Source: a virus
Lineage: Duplodnaviria; Heunggongvirae; Uroviricota; Caudoviricetes
DNA length: 18,223 nucleotides
IMG/VR virus record: IMGVR_UViG_3300029875_000034
Coordinates: 1-18,223 of that record
Strand: one strand, 5' to 3'
Each line of letters begins with the position of its first letter. Positions within the stretch are counted from its first letter, which is position 1. The notes under the pieces are model-generated. The model had not been told where the DNA came from and did no database searches. It saw only the letters and a program-made list of their open reading frames with translations. The translations under genes were made by a program, and so were the position numbers. Positions 1-7,989 of the stretch are shown in pieces.

Positions 1-69
<69 letters not shown>

Positions 70-72
70 TAT

Positions 73-147
<75 letters not shown>

Positions 148-153
148 GTTAGA

Positions 154-199
154 GTCTTTCAGTCTGCGATGATGGGAAATCCCGGAGTGACTGAAAGAC
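154..199 (+). repeat. Perfect 11-bp inverted repeat (GTCTTTCAGTC / GACTGAAAGAC) around a 24-nt loop, immediately downstream of tRNA-Gly
   Basis: Arms at 154-164 and 189-199 are exact reverse complements; the loop holds a GGG-AAAT-CCC mini-hairpin. No clean U-tract follows. Confidence 0.6.
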
Positions 200-206
200 G
201 TTTAAG

Positions 207-278
207 TTATGAATGATCGCTTTTTTTGCAAAATTGCTGTGCAGAAATACTAACCTTCGGGCAGGCGATCATTCATAA
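207..278 (+). repeat. Perfect 14-bp inverted repeat (TTATGAATGATCGC / GCGATCATTCATAA) separated by a 44-bp T/A-rich spacer
   Basis: Arms at 207-220 and 265-278 are exact reverse complements. Function unknown; could be a protein operator or an RNA stem. Confidence 0.6.
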
Positions 279-353
279 GCACTCTGCTTTTATTCCGATT
301 AACTGTGGGTGGTTTGTTGGATAGAGTGCTTCCCTTACTGTATATATCGTTTC

Positions 354-378
354 GCCCGCTTTTGCGGGTTTTTCTTTT
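354..378 (+). terminator. Intrinsic terminator upstream of the lysis cassette (possible tR'-equivalent late terminator)
   Basis: Stem CCCGC (355-359), loop TTTT, stem GCGGG (364-368), then T-rich tract TTTTTCTTTT (369-378); about 60 nt upstream of the holin start. Confidence 0.6.
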
Positions 379-438
379 CAAATCCCTTTCATTTCTCAGT
401 GTAAAACTACGCCATCCGTTATTTGCGGAGGTGAGGCT

Positions 439-654
439 ATGAAATCCATGGACAAAATTTCAACGGGCATTGCCTACGGCACCTCCGCAGGCAGTGCTGG
501 CTACTGGTTTTTACAGTGGCTTGATCAGGTCAGTCCGTCACAGTGGGCTGCGATTGGTGTACTGGGGAGTCTGGTTCTGGGCTTCCTGACTTATCTGACA
601 AATCTGTACTTCAAAATCAGAGAAGACAAGCGTAAGGCTGCACGGGGAGAGTAA
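439..654 (+). CDS. S: Class II pinholin, phage 21 S-type, with dual-start motif (Met1/Met4, antiholin/holin)
   Basis: 71 aa beginning MKSMDK; two hydrophobic helices ([19 protein letters not shown] and [18 protein letters not shown]) and a charged C-terminus ([13 protein letters not shown]). RBS GGAGGTGA at 427-434. Close to the S21 / DLP12 essD sequence as I recall it. Confidence 0.85.
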   Translation: MKSMDKISTGIAYGTSAGSAGYWFLQWLDQVSPSQWAAIGVLGSLVLGFLTYLTNLYFKIREDKRKAARGE

Positions 655-658
655 TTCA

Positions 659-1009
659 ATGACTCAAAACTATGAACTGATTGTGAAAGGGATCCGCAAT
701 TTTGAGAATAAAGTTACGGTAACTTTAGCGTTACGGGACAAAAAACGCTTTGACGGCGAAATTTTTGACCTGGACATCTCGCTGGACCGTGTTGAAGGTG
801 CCGCGCTGGAGTTTTATGAGGCAGCAGCCAGAAGGAGCATCAGACAGGTCTTCCTGGATGTTGCTGCCGGGTTATGTGAAGGGGATGAGCAGTCGCCGGA
901 AAAGCGCCCCGTAATTTTAGAGGCGCAGAATGTGTGGATAACCTACAAAGGAAAGCTACCAGGAAGAATTACTGGTTCTCTGAAGACTCCTCCGGAATCA
1001 CAACCTTAA
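659..1009 (+). CDS. Hypothetical 116-aa protein inserted between holin and endolysin
   Basis: ORF with RBS GGAGAG 7 nt upstream of the ATG and 4 nt after the holin stop. No signal peptide or TM segment. It occupies the same position as ydfR-type (DUF1327) genes in some E. coli prophages, but I cannot confirm homology without a search. Confidence 0.55.
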   Translation: MTQNYELIVKGIRNFENKVTVTLALRDKKRFDGEIFDLDISLDRVEGAALEFYEAAARRSIRQVFLDVAAGLCEGDEQSPEKRPVILEAQNVWITYKGKLPGRITGSLKTPPESQP

Positions 1010-1072
1010 GTCACTGACCGGAACAGATAAACCTGTCCGTGGGCAGAAACCGATAAATCCTGATAAATATCC

Positions 1073-1606
1073 ATGAACGCAAAAATCAGATACGGCCTGT
1101 CGGCTGCCGTTCTGGCACTGATTGCCGTCGGTGCGCCCGCGCCTGATATTCTCGACCAGTTTCTGGATGAAAAAGAAGGTAACCACACAACGGCATACCG
1201 CGATGGTTCCGGCATCTGGACCATCTGTCGGGGTGCCACGATGGTGGATGGAAAACCCGTTTTTCCCGGTATGAAACTGTCGAAGGAAAAATGCGACCAG
1301 GTCAACGCCATTGAGCGTGATAAGGCGCTGGCATGGGTGGAGCGCAATATTAAAGTACCACTGACCGAACCACAAAAAGCGGGTATCGCGTCATTTTGTC
1401 CCTATAACATTGGCCCCGGTAAGTGTTTTCCATCGACGTTTTATAAGCGGCTGAATGCTGGTGATCGTAAGGGCGCATGCGAGGCGATTCGCTGGTGGAT
1501 AAAAGATGGTGGGCGCGATTGCCGCATACGTTCAAATAACTGCTATGGACAGGTTATTCGTCGTGACCAGGAAAGCGCATTAGCCTGTTGGGGAATAGAT
1601 CAGTGA
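1073..1606 (+). CDS. SAR endolysin (GH24 phage lysozyme with N-terminal signal-anchor-release domain)
   Basis: N-terminal Gly/Ala-rich weakly hydrophobic segment [16 protein letters not shown]; catalytic E-x8-D-x5-T triad in [16 protein letters not shown]; size 177 aa. The RBS is weak. Confidence 0.8.
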   Translation: MNAKIRYGLSAAVLALIAVGAPAPDILDQFLDEKEGNHTTAYRDGSGIWTICRGATMVDGKPVFPGMKLSKEKCDQVNAIERDKALAWVERNIKVPLTEPQKAGIASFCPYNIGPGKCFPSTFYKRLNAGDRKGACEAIRWWIKDGGRDCRIRSNNCYGQVIRRDQESALACWGIDQ

Positions 1607-2070
1607 GCAGAGTCGCCGCGATTATTTATGCTCTGGTTATCTGCATCATCGTCTGCCTGTCGTGGGCGGTCAATCATTACCGTGATAACGCCATCACCTA
1701 CAAAGAACAGCGTGATAAAAAAGTCAGTGAGCTGAAGCAGCTGACCGCCACCATCGCTGACATGCAGCAGCGTCAGCGTGATGTTGCTGCGCTCGATGCA
1801 AAGTACTCGAGAGAATTAGCCAATGCGAAAGCTGAAAATGAAACTCTGCGCGCTGATGTTGCCGCTGGTCGTAAGCGCCTGCGGGTCAATGCCAGTTGCT
1901 CCGCAGCCGTGCGTGAAGCCACCGGACCCACCAGCGTGGATAATGCAACCAGCCCCAGACTGGCAGACACCGCTGAACGGGATTATTTCACCCTCAGAGA
2001 ACGGTTGATGACGATGCAGAAGCAACTGGAAGGGGCACAGCTATACATTCGTGAGCAATGTCTCAGATAA
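1603..2070 (+). CDS. Rz: Rz inner-membrane spanin (i-spanin)
   Basis: N-terminal [32 protein letters not shown] and a coiled-coil body, very close to lambda Rz as recalled. Likely start is GTG 1603 overlapping the endolysin stop (GTGA); the ORF track's TTG at 1588 is the alternative. Confidence 0.85.
   Translation: MSRVAAIIYALVICIIVCLSWAVNHYRDNAITYKEQRDKKVSELKQLTATIADMQQRQRDVAALDAKYSRELANAKAENETLRADVAAGRKRLRVNASCSAAVREATGPTSVDNATSPRLADTAERDYFTLRERLMTMQKQLEGAQLYIREQCLR
1823..2008 (+). CDS. Rz1: Rz1 outer-membrane lipoprotein spanin (o-spanin), embedded in the +1 frame of Rz
   Basis: 61 aa with lipobox LVVSAC, proline-rich [32 protein letters not shown]; nearly the same as lambda Rz1 as recalled and fully embedded within Rz. 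Confidence 0.85.
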   Translation: MRKLKMKLCALMLPLVVSACGSMPVAPQPCVKPPDPPAWIMQPAPDWQTPLNGIISPSENG

Positions 2071-2124
2071 AAACCGGCCAAGGATAATCCGCTAAAGATT
2101 CGCCGGTGGCGAAAGAGAGCCAAG

Positions 2125-2154
2125 GTGTCAACCTACGCTATTACTTATGATAAT
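2125..2154 (+). promoter_or_regulatory. Candidate sigma70 promoter for the 88-aa ORF (-35 GTGTCA, 18-bp spacer, -10 GATAAT)
   Basis: Hexamers read by eye at 2125-2130 and 2149-2154; not validated. Confidence 0.25.
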
Positions 2155-2225
2155 GCAACAGACGAAGCGGGACATATTGGCGCATAACAAATCAGTGCAG
2201 GCTAACTGCAGGAAGAACTTAGGGC

Positions 2226-2492
2226 GTGAACGTAGAAAACCTAAGTAACGCACATTACATCTATAACGAGATGAAAGAGCTACAGCGACAGAAAGGTATA
2301 CTGGAAAGTGGTGCAGGGCTTGGTGTGACAATCCAGTCTGCCTATCAATATAGTGCTTTTCTTGAGGCCATACGCCCGCATGCAGTTGCTGAACTTAACA
2401 GCCGTATTGAGGAAAAGAAATCCGCGCTGGTTAATTTGGGTGCTTCCTTCTCTATATACGAGCATAATAAGGCGGGTTGGAAACCCGCCTAA
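2226..2492 (+). CDS. Hypothetical 88-aa protein in the AT-rich island (GTG start; alternative ATG at 2270)
   Basis: ORF with AGGAAG 10 nt upstream of GTG 2226. Convergent with the YfbU-like gene; its last codons overlap the shared hairpin. No recognisable family, so coding status is uncertain. Confidence 0.4.
   Translation: MNVENLSNAHYIYNEMKELQRQKGILESGAGLGVTIQSAYQYSAFLEAIRPHAVAELNSRIEEKKSALVNLGASFSIYEHNKAGWKPA
2471..2489. terminator. GC-rich hairpin between the convergent genes (GGCGGGT-TGGAA-ACCCGCC), likely terminator for the minus-strand gene
   Basis: 7-bp perfect stem with 5-nt loop; on the minus strand it is followed by TTATTATG. It sits 9 nt downstream of the minus-strand stop. Confidence 0.5.
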
Positions 2493-2497
2493 AGCAC

Positions 2498-3037
2498 TTA
2501 GAAACTGCGTGGAGCTGTGGAAAGAATGGATGCCAGTTCTTCCTTCGATAAATCCCAGCTTCGATTTACAGCGTCAATTTTCTTAAACTCATCAAGCATT
2601 GCGTTATAGAGATGTTCTGTACGTGAATGAGTATTGGCAATGGGCTGTTTCTGTTCGGGGAAGCGATCAATTTTCTGATATGCCTCAATGATACTGAAGT
2701 AATCGCATTCATTATTACCGTCGAAACCTGGGAGCTGAATTGCCCCATCATGTATTTTTAGATGATGGTCACGGACTAATTCTTTTTGCTCGTCATCACT
2801 AAGTTTCCTGAAAGCATTGGAAAGTCCGCGATACATATTCAAGACAGCAGTAACAAAATCACGATCTTCTTTACTTGGTTCATCAACATCCAAATGTGAA
2901 TATTCGGCCTTCATAACCCAACCATTACCAGATGACACAGCATATTTAACAAGCTGTGGATCAATATCAGTTTCGATACCTAGGTGGATGGCAATGTCAC
3001 ATAACAAAATGGTATTGATTTTATCTTTAATATCCAT
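2498..3037 (-). CDS. YfbU-family (UPF0304)-like protein, accessory (moron) gene on the opposite strand
   Basis: 179 aa. Segments NMYRGL, LPGFDGNNECDYFSIIEAYQ, THSRTEHLYNAMLDEF and C-terminal LSKEELASILS line up with my recollection of E. coli YfbU ([58 protein letters not shown]). Local GC about 35-42% versus about 50-55% in flanking genes, by eye. RBS GAGGG upstream on the minus strand. Confidence 0.55.
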   Translation of the reverse strand: MDIKDKINTILLCDIAIHLGIETDIDPQLVKYAVSSGNGWVMKAEYSHLDVDEPSKEDRDFVTAVLNMYRGLSNAFRKLSDDEQKELVRDHHLKIHDGAIQLPGFDGNNECDYFSIIEAYQKIDRFPEQKQPIANTHSRTEHLYNAMLDEFKKIDAVNRSWDLSKEELASILSTAPRSF

Positions 3038-3175
3038 GAGTTAACCCTCTGAAGTAAAAAGTAATATCTACACCCGTTAGCTCATGAAGTCTATTGATCT
3101 GGCTCATATCAGCGGCAAATCTATTTCATGGAGATACTCAATGCAGGTCACTTTTGATTTATATAAGGGCGAAAC

Positions 3176-3526
3176 ATGCCAGCACTAATCCCACGAGCCT
3201 GCCGTAAACGTGGATGTGCAGGTACAACCACAGACAGTTCTGGTTACTGCGATAAACATCGTGGCGAAGGATGGGTACAGCATCAGCGCGGACTGAGTCG
3301 CCACCAGCGTGGCTATGGCTCGAAATGGGATGCCATACGTGCGCGCATACTGAAGCGTGATAATGATCTGTGTCAGAACTGCCTGCGCAATGGGAGAGCC
3401 GTTGAAGCCAGAACTGTGGACCACATCATTCCGAAAGCTCATGGTGGCTCGGATGCAGACAGTAACCTGCAGAGTCTGTGCTGGCCCTGCCATAAAGCAA
3501 AAACAGCGCGCGAACGCATCAATTGA
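3176..3526 (+). CDS. HNH endonuclease (terminase-associated, HK97-type packaging module)
   Basis: HNH motif DHIIPKAHGG...NLQSLCWPCHKAKT with flanking Cys pairs (CRKRGC, CQNC, CWPCH); positioned immediately upstream of the small terminase. Confidence 0.85.
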   Translation: MPALIPRACRKRGCAGTTTDSSGYCDKHRGEGWVQHQRGLSRHQRGYGSKWDAIRARILKRDNDLCQNCLRNGRAVEARTVDHIIPKAHGGSDADSNLQSLCWPCHKAKTARERIN

Positions 3527-3673
3527 TAACAGTTCCCATCTGTAGGGGAGGGGTGGGTCAAATCCCTGCAGCCCTGGCTGCTCAGTACCGCCGCCTGACC
3601 CTTCCTCACATCGCCGCAGGTTCGAAAACTTTTTTTTGGAATGTGATTAAATGATTGATAGGTAAAACCGATT

Positions 3674-4156
3674 ATGTCAGGACCCCCGAAAACCCCGCCA
3701 CGCCTGCATTTGATACGAGGCAACCCCTCAAAGCGCCCCGTTAAAGACCCCAAAAAAACCGCTAAAAAGGATGAAAAAGGTCTCCCTAAAATTCCGCAAC
3801 ATTTAGGGGCACAGGGGAAGTACTGGTTCAGGCGAATGGCGGAAGAGTTGAATGCGGAAGGGATCATTTCTCAGCTCGATGCACGTGCGCTCGAGTTACT
3901 GGTGGAAGCCTACACCGAATACCGGCATCACTGCGAAATACTCGATGTTGAGGGTTATACCTACCGCACGGAAACGCAGAATGGCGATGTGCTGATCAAG
4001 GCACACCCGGCTGCTGCGATGAAGGCTGATGCCTGGAAGCGGATCCGGGCGATGCTTGCAGAGTTTGGTATGTCGCCGGCAAGCCGGGCGAAAGTAAATA
4101 CCGCCGGACCGGATGATGTTGATCCGCTGGCAGAGCTTTTAAAAGCGAGAGACTGA
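3674..4156 (+). CDS. Terminase small subunit (P27 family)
   Basis: 160 aa with basic N-terminus PPKTPPRLHLIRGNPSKRP and the typical P27-family body; stop overlaps the large-terminase ATG (TGATG). Confidence 0.8.
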   Translation: MSGPPKTPPRLHLIRGNPSKRPVKDPKKTAKKDEKGLPKIPQHLGAQGKYWFRRMAEELNAEGIISQLDARALELLVEAYTEYRHHCEILDVEGYTYRTETQNGDVLIKAHPAAAMKADAWKRIRAMLAEFGMSPASRAKVNTAGPDDVDPLAELLKARD

Positions 4157-5913
4157 TGGCAAAAGTGGCTGACGGGATCCGCTACGCCGAACGCGTTGTT
4201 GCAGGAGAAATTGTTGCTGGCGAATTTGTCCGTCTGGCTTGCCAGCGTTTTCTTGATGATCTGAAGTACGGCGAAGAGCGGGGGATTTATTTCAGTGAAC
4301 CCCGTGCGCAGCACATCCTGAATTTCTACAAATTTGTGCCTCATGTAAAAGGGGCGCTGGCAGGTCAGCCCATTGAACTGATGGACTGGCATGTTTTTAT
4401 CCTCATTAATATTTTTGGTTTTGTCATTCCGCTGGTGAATGAAGAGACCGGGGAAGTTGTCATGCGCAGCGATGGCAGCGGACGCCCGGTGATGGTGCGC
4501 CGTTTCCGGACAGCGTACAACGAAGTCGCCCGTAAAAACGCAAAATCAACCCTGTCATCGGGTATCGGCCTGTATATGACGGGGGCAGATGGTGAAGGCG
4601 GTGCTGAGGTGTATTCAGCCGCAACCACGCGTGACCAGGCCAGAATCGTGTTTGAAGACGCCAAAAATATGGTCAGAAAAGCCCGGTCGACACTCGGGCG
4701 GTTGTTTGATTTCAACAAGCTGGCGATTTACCAGGAGCAGAGCGCATCAAAATTTGAACCGCTTTCCTCGGATGCAAACAACCTGGACGGTCTGAACATC
4801 CACTGCGCCATTATTGATGAGCTGCATGCTCATAAAACCCGTGACGTGTGGGACGTTCTGGAAACGGCAACCGGTGCCCGTCTGCAGTCCCTTTTATTTG
4901 GCATCACCACGGCTGGCTTTAACAAGGAAGGGATTTGTTACGAGCAACGCGATTATGCCATCAAGGTATTGCGAGGCTATAACAGCGACGTGGAGGGCGC
5001 GGTAAAAGACGACTCCTACTTTGCAATTATTTACACGCTCGATGAGGGAGATGATCCGTTTGATGAAACGGTCTGGCAGAAAGCGAATCCCGGCCTGGGC
5101 ATCTGTAAACGCTGGGATGATCTGCGTCGTCTGGCGAAAAAGGCGAAGGAGCAGGTCTCGGCGCGGGTGAATTTTTTCACGAAACACATGAATGTGTGGG
5201 TCACTGCCGAATCTGCCTGGATGGACATGATTAAGTGGGAGAAGTGCGAATACATTGCTCCACAGCATGAGCTGAAAACATATCCCATGTGGGTCGGCGT
5301 CGACCTTGCTCATAAGATTGATATCTGTGCGGCGGCAAAACTCTGGCGAACCGATAACGGACATGTTCATGCCGATTTTAAATTCTGGCTTCCGGAAGGA
5401 CGGCTGGAACGATGCTCGCGGCAGCAGGCAGAACTTTACCGGAAGTGGGCAGAGATGGGAAAGCTCATCCTGACGGATGGTGATGTTATCGATCATGCTC
5501 AGATAAAAAGTGACTTACTGGAATGGATTGGCGGTGAAAACCTGAGGGAACTGGGATTTGACCCGTGGAGCGCAATGCAGTTCAGTCTGGCGCTGGCTGA
5601 AGAAGGGATACCGCTGGTGGAAGTTCCGCAGACGGTCCGCAATCTGTCAGAGGCTATGAAGGAAACGGAATCACTGGTTTATGCCGGACGTTTCCACCAC
5701 AGCAATCATCCGGTCATGAACTGGATGATGTCTAACGTTACGGTAAAACCGGACAAAAACGACAATATCTTCCCGAATAAATCCACGCCTGAAGCCAAAA
5801 TCGACGGCCCTGTTGCGATGTTTACAGCAATGAGCCGCATGCTGGTCAATGGCGGTGAACCGGAGCCGGATCTGTCTGAACATCTGGTCAGCGTGGGTAT
5901 CCGTTCGCTTTAA
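4156..5913 (+). CDS. Terminase large subunit (ATPase + nuclease)
   Basis: 585 aa; Walker-type ATPase region and C-terminal nuclease-like region; located between terS and portal. Confidence 0.9.
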   Translation: MAKVADGIRYAERVVAGEIVAGEFVRLACQRFLDDLKYGEERGIYFSEPRAQHILNFYKFVPHVKGALAGQPIELMDWHVFILINIFGFVIPLVNEETGEVVMRSDGSGRPVMVRRFRTAYNEVARKNAKSTLSSGIGLYMTGADGEGGAEVYSAATTRDQARIVFEDAKNMVRKARSTLGRLFDFNKLAIYQEQSASKFEPLSSDANNLDGLNIHCAIIDELHAHKTRDVWDVLETATGARLQSLLFGITTAGFNKEGICYEQRDYAIKVLRGYNSDVEGAVKDDSYFAIIYTLDEGDDPFDETVWQKANPGLGICKRWDDLRRLAKKAKEQVSARVNFFTKHMNVWVTAESAWMDMIKWEKCEYIAPQHELKTYPMWVGVDLAHKIDICAAAKLWRTDNGHVHADFKFWLPEGRLERCSRQQAELYRKWAEMGKLILTDGDVIDHAQIKSDLLEWIGGENLRELGFDPWSAMQFSLALAEEGIPLVEVPQTVRNLSEAMKETESLVYAGRFHHSNHPVMNWMMSNVTVKPDKNDNIFPNKSTPEAKIDGPVAMFTAMSRMLVNGGEPEPDLSEHLVSVGIRSL

Positions 5914-5924
5914 CCGAGGGCATT

Positions 5925-6107
5925 ATGTTTCTGATAATTCTCACGCCACTGGTGGGCGTGCTGGGGGCGCTTTTGCTGTCGTATGGCACATGGCTGATTT
6001 ATCCCCCGGCAGGTTTTGTTGTTGCAGGGGCGCTGTGCCTGTTCTGGTCGTGGCTGGTTGCTCGTTATCTCGATCGCGGTCAGCGGGTCGCCTCCGGAGG
6101 TGAGTAA
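5925..6107 (+). CDS. Small hypothetical membrane protein (60 aa, two predicted TM helices)
   Basis: Hydrophobic segments [24 protein letters not shown] and [17 protein letters not shown]; RBS GAGGG at 5915-5919; stop overlaps the portal ATG (TAATG). Confidence 0.45.
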   Translation: MFLIILTPLVGVLGALLLSYGTWLIYPPAGFVVAGALCLFWSWLVARYLDRGQRVASGGE

Positions 6108-7348
6108 TGTTTTTCCAGGGGCTTTTTCAGCGCAAAAATAACACTCCCGTCACAACGCCCGGGATGCTTGCGGAAGAACTGGGATTGTCATACGACACCT
6201 ATACCGGAAAGCGGATCAGCAGTCAGCGGGCCATGCGGCTGACGGCGGTGTATTCCTGCGTCAGAGTGCTGGCGGAGTCTGTTGGTATGCTGCCCTGTAG
6301 CCTCTACAAAATCACCGGCACCCTTAAAACACGGGCGGTGGATGAACGACTGCATAAGCTAATTTCGGCAAAACCCAATGGCTACATGACACCGCAGGAA
6401 TTCTGGGAGCTGGTTATCGTCTGCCTGTGTCTGCGGGGTAATTTTTACGCTTACAAGGTGAAGGCGCTGGGAGAAGTGGTGGAGCTTCTTCCGATAGATC
6501 CGGGTTGTGTGGAGCCGAAGCTGAACTGTCAGTGGCAGCCGGTTTATCAGGTGACGTTTCCGGATGGTTCCGTGGATGTGCTGACCCAGGATGAAATCTG
6601 GCATGTGCGTACTCTGACGCTGGACGGACTGGTCGGGCTGAATCCCATTGCGTATGCGCGTGAGGCCATTTCACTGGCAGCGGCAACTGAGGAGCACGGC
6701 GCCAGGCTGTTTGGTAACGGCGCTGTGACATCCGGTGTGTTGCGTACGGAACAAAAGCTCACGCCGGATGCTTATGAGCGCATGAAGAGGGATTTTGAGG
6801 AGCGTCATCTTGGGCTGGGTAATGCGCACCGTCCGATGATTCTGGAAATGGGGCTGGACTGGAAGCCGGTGGCACTGAATGCCGAGGACAGTCAGTTCCT
6901 GGAAACCCGCAAGTTTCAGTTGGAAGAAATCTGTCGTCTTTTCCGCGTGCCACTGCATATGGTGCAGAACACTGACCGCGCCACCTTCAACAATATTGAA
7001 GAACTGGGGCTTGGCTTCATTAACTATTCCCTTGTGCCGTATCTGACCCGTATTGAACAGCGGATCAATACAGGGCTGGTGAGGGAGAGTAAAAAGGGAA
7101 AATTTTACGCCAAATTTAATGCCGGGGCGTTGTTGCGTGGTGACATGAAATCCCGCTTTGAAGCGTATGCCACGGGGATTAACTGGGGGATTTATTCCCC
7201 TAATGACTGCCGTGATCTGGAAGATATGAACCCTCGCCCGGGCGGTGATGTGTATCTGACACCGATGAACATGACCACCAGTCCCTCTGCTGGCGATGAC
7301 AACGGTAAGAAAAAGGAGAGTGGAGATGCAGACAAAACAGCGTCTTGA
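6107..7348 (+). CDS. Portal protein (HK97 family)
   Basis: 413 aa; RBS GGAGGTGA upstream; typical HK97-family portal length and position after terL. Confidence 0.85.
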   Translation: MFFQGLFQRKNNTPVTTPGMLAEELGLSYDTYTGKRISSQRAMRLTAVYSCVRVLAESVGMLPCSLYKITGTLKTRAVDERLHKLISAKPNGYMTPQEFWELVIVCLCLRGNFYAYKVKALGEVVELLPIDPGCVEPKLNCQWQPVYQVTFPDGSVDVLTQDEIWHVRTLTLDGLVGLNPIAYAREAISLAAATEEHGARLFGNGAVTSGVLRTEQKLTPDAYERMKRDFEERHLGLGNAHRPMILEMGLDWKPVALNAEDSQFLETRKFQLEEICRLFRVPLHMVQNTDRATFNNIEELGLGFINYSLVPYLTRIEQRINTGLVRESKKGKFYAKFNAGALLRGDMKSRFEAYATGINWGIYSPNDCRDLEDMNPRPGGDVYLTPMNMTTSPSAGDDNGKKKESGDADKTAS

Positions 7349-7976
7349 TATACCGCTGAACCTGAAATCCGTCAGTGATTCCGGGGAATTTGAAGGTTAC
7401 GGTTCTGTTTTTGGTGTTAAGGACAGCCACGATGATGTGGTGGTCCCCGGAGCCTTTACCACAACACTCCAGAAATGGAGCGAAAAAAAGGCGCTGCCTG
7501 CGTTGCTCTGGCAGCACCGTATGGATGAGCCTATCGGTGTGTACACCGAAATGAAAGAAGATGATGTCGGGCTTTATGTCAGGGGGCGATTACTCGTTGA
7601 TGATGATCCCCTGGCAAAACGTGCACATGCCCATATGAAGGCCGGTTCTTTAACCGGCCTTTCTATTGGCTACATCCTGAAAGACTGGGAGTACGACCGG
7701 GAAAAAGGGGTATTCCTGCTGAAAGAGATCGACCTGTGGGAGGTCAGTCTGGTGACGTTCCCTTCCAATGATGAGGCACGCATCAGCGATGTGAAAAATG
7801 CGCTGGCGCGTGGGGAGATCCCTGATCAGAAAATTATTGAGCGGGTCCTGCGCGATGTTGGACTTTCGCGAACCCAGGCCAAAGCATTCATGGCCGGGGG
7901 ATATGGCGCTTTATCCCTGCGTGATGCTGAGGATGTGGATGCCGCACTGAATGCACTGAAAAATCTTACTTTTTAA
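7326..7976 (+). CDS. Prohead maturation protease (HK97 gp4 family, S78)
   Basis: Start ATG 7326 preferred (RBS AAGGAGAGTGGAG at 7312-7324) over the ORF-track start 7296 in the same frame; motif GYGSVFGVKDSHDDVVVPGAF; sits between portal and capsid. Confidence 0.8.
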   Translation: MQTKQRLDIPLNLKSVSDSGEFEGYGSVFGVKDSHDDVVVPGAFTTTLQKWSEKKALPALLWQHRMDEPIGVYTEMKEDDVGLYVRGRLLVDDDPLAKRAHAHMKAGSLTGLSIGYILKDWEYDREKGVFLLKEIDLWEVSLVTFPSNDEARISDVKNALARGEIPDQKIIERVLRDVGLSRTQAKAFMAGGYGALSLRDAEDVDAALNALKNLTF

Positions 7977-7989
7977 TCAGGAGTAAATA

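Noticed and set aside
998-1375. Minus-strand ORFs (125 and 113 aa) overlapping the endolysin and the 116-aa ORF
   Set aside because: Antisense to the SAR endolysin, which has a clear catalytic triad; no independent signals.
2280-2586. Alternative overlapping ORFs in the island (2280-2465 minus, 2353-2586 plus)
   Set aside because: They overlap the better-supported 88-aa ORF and the YfbU-like gene and cross the terminator hairpin; no RBS support.
4894-5496. 200-aa minus-strand ORF inside the large terminase gene
   Set aside because: Fully antisense to a well-supported terminase ORF in a gene-dense operon; no RBS or family resemblance; typical spurious ORF.
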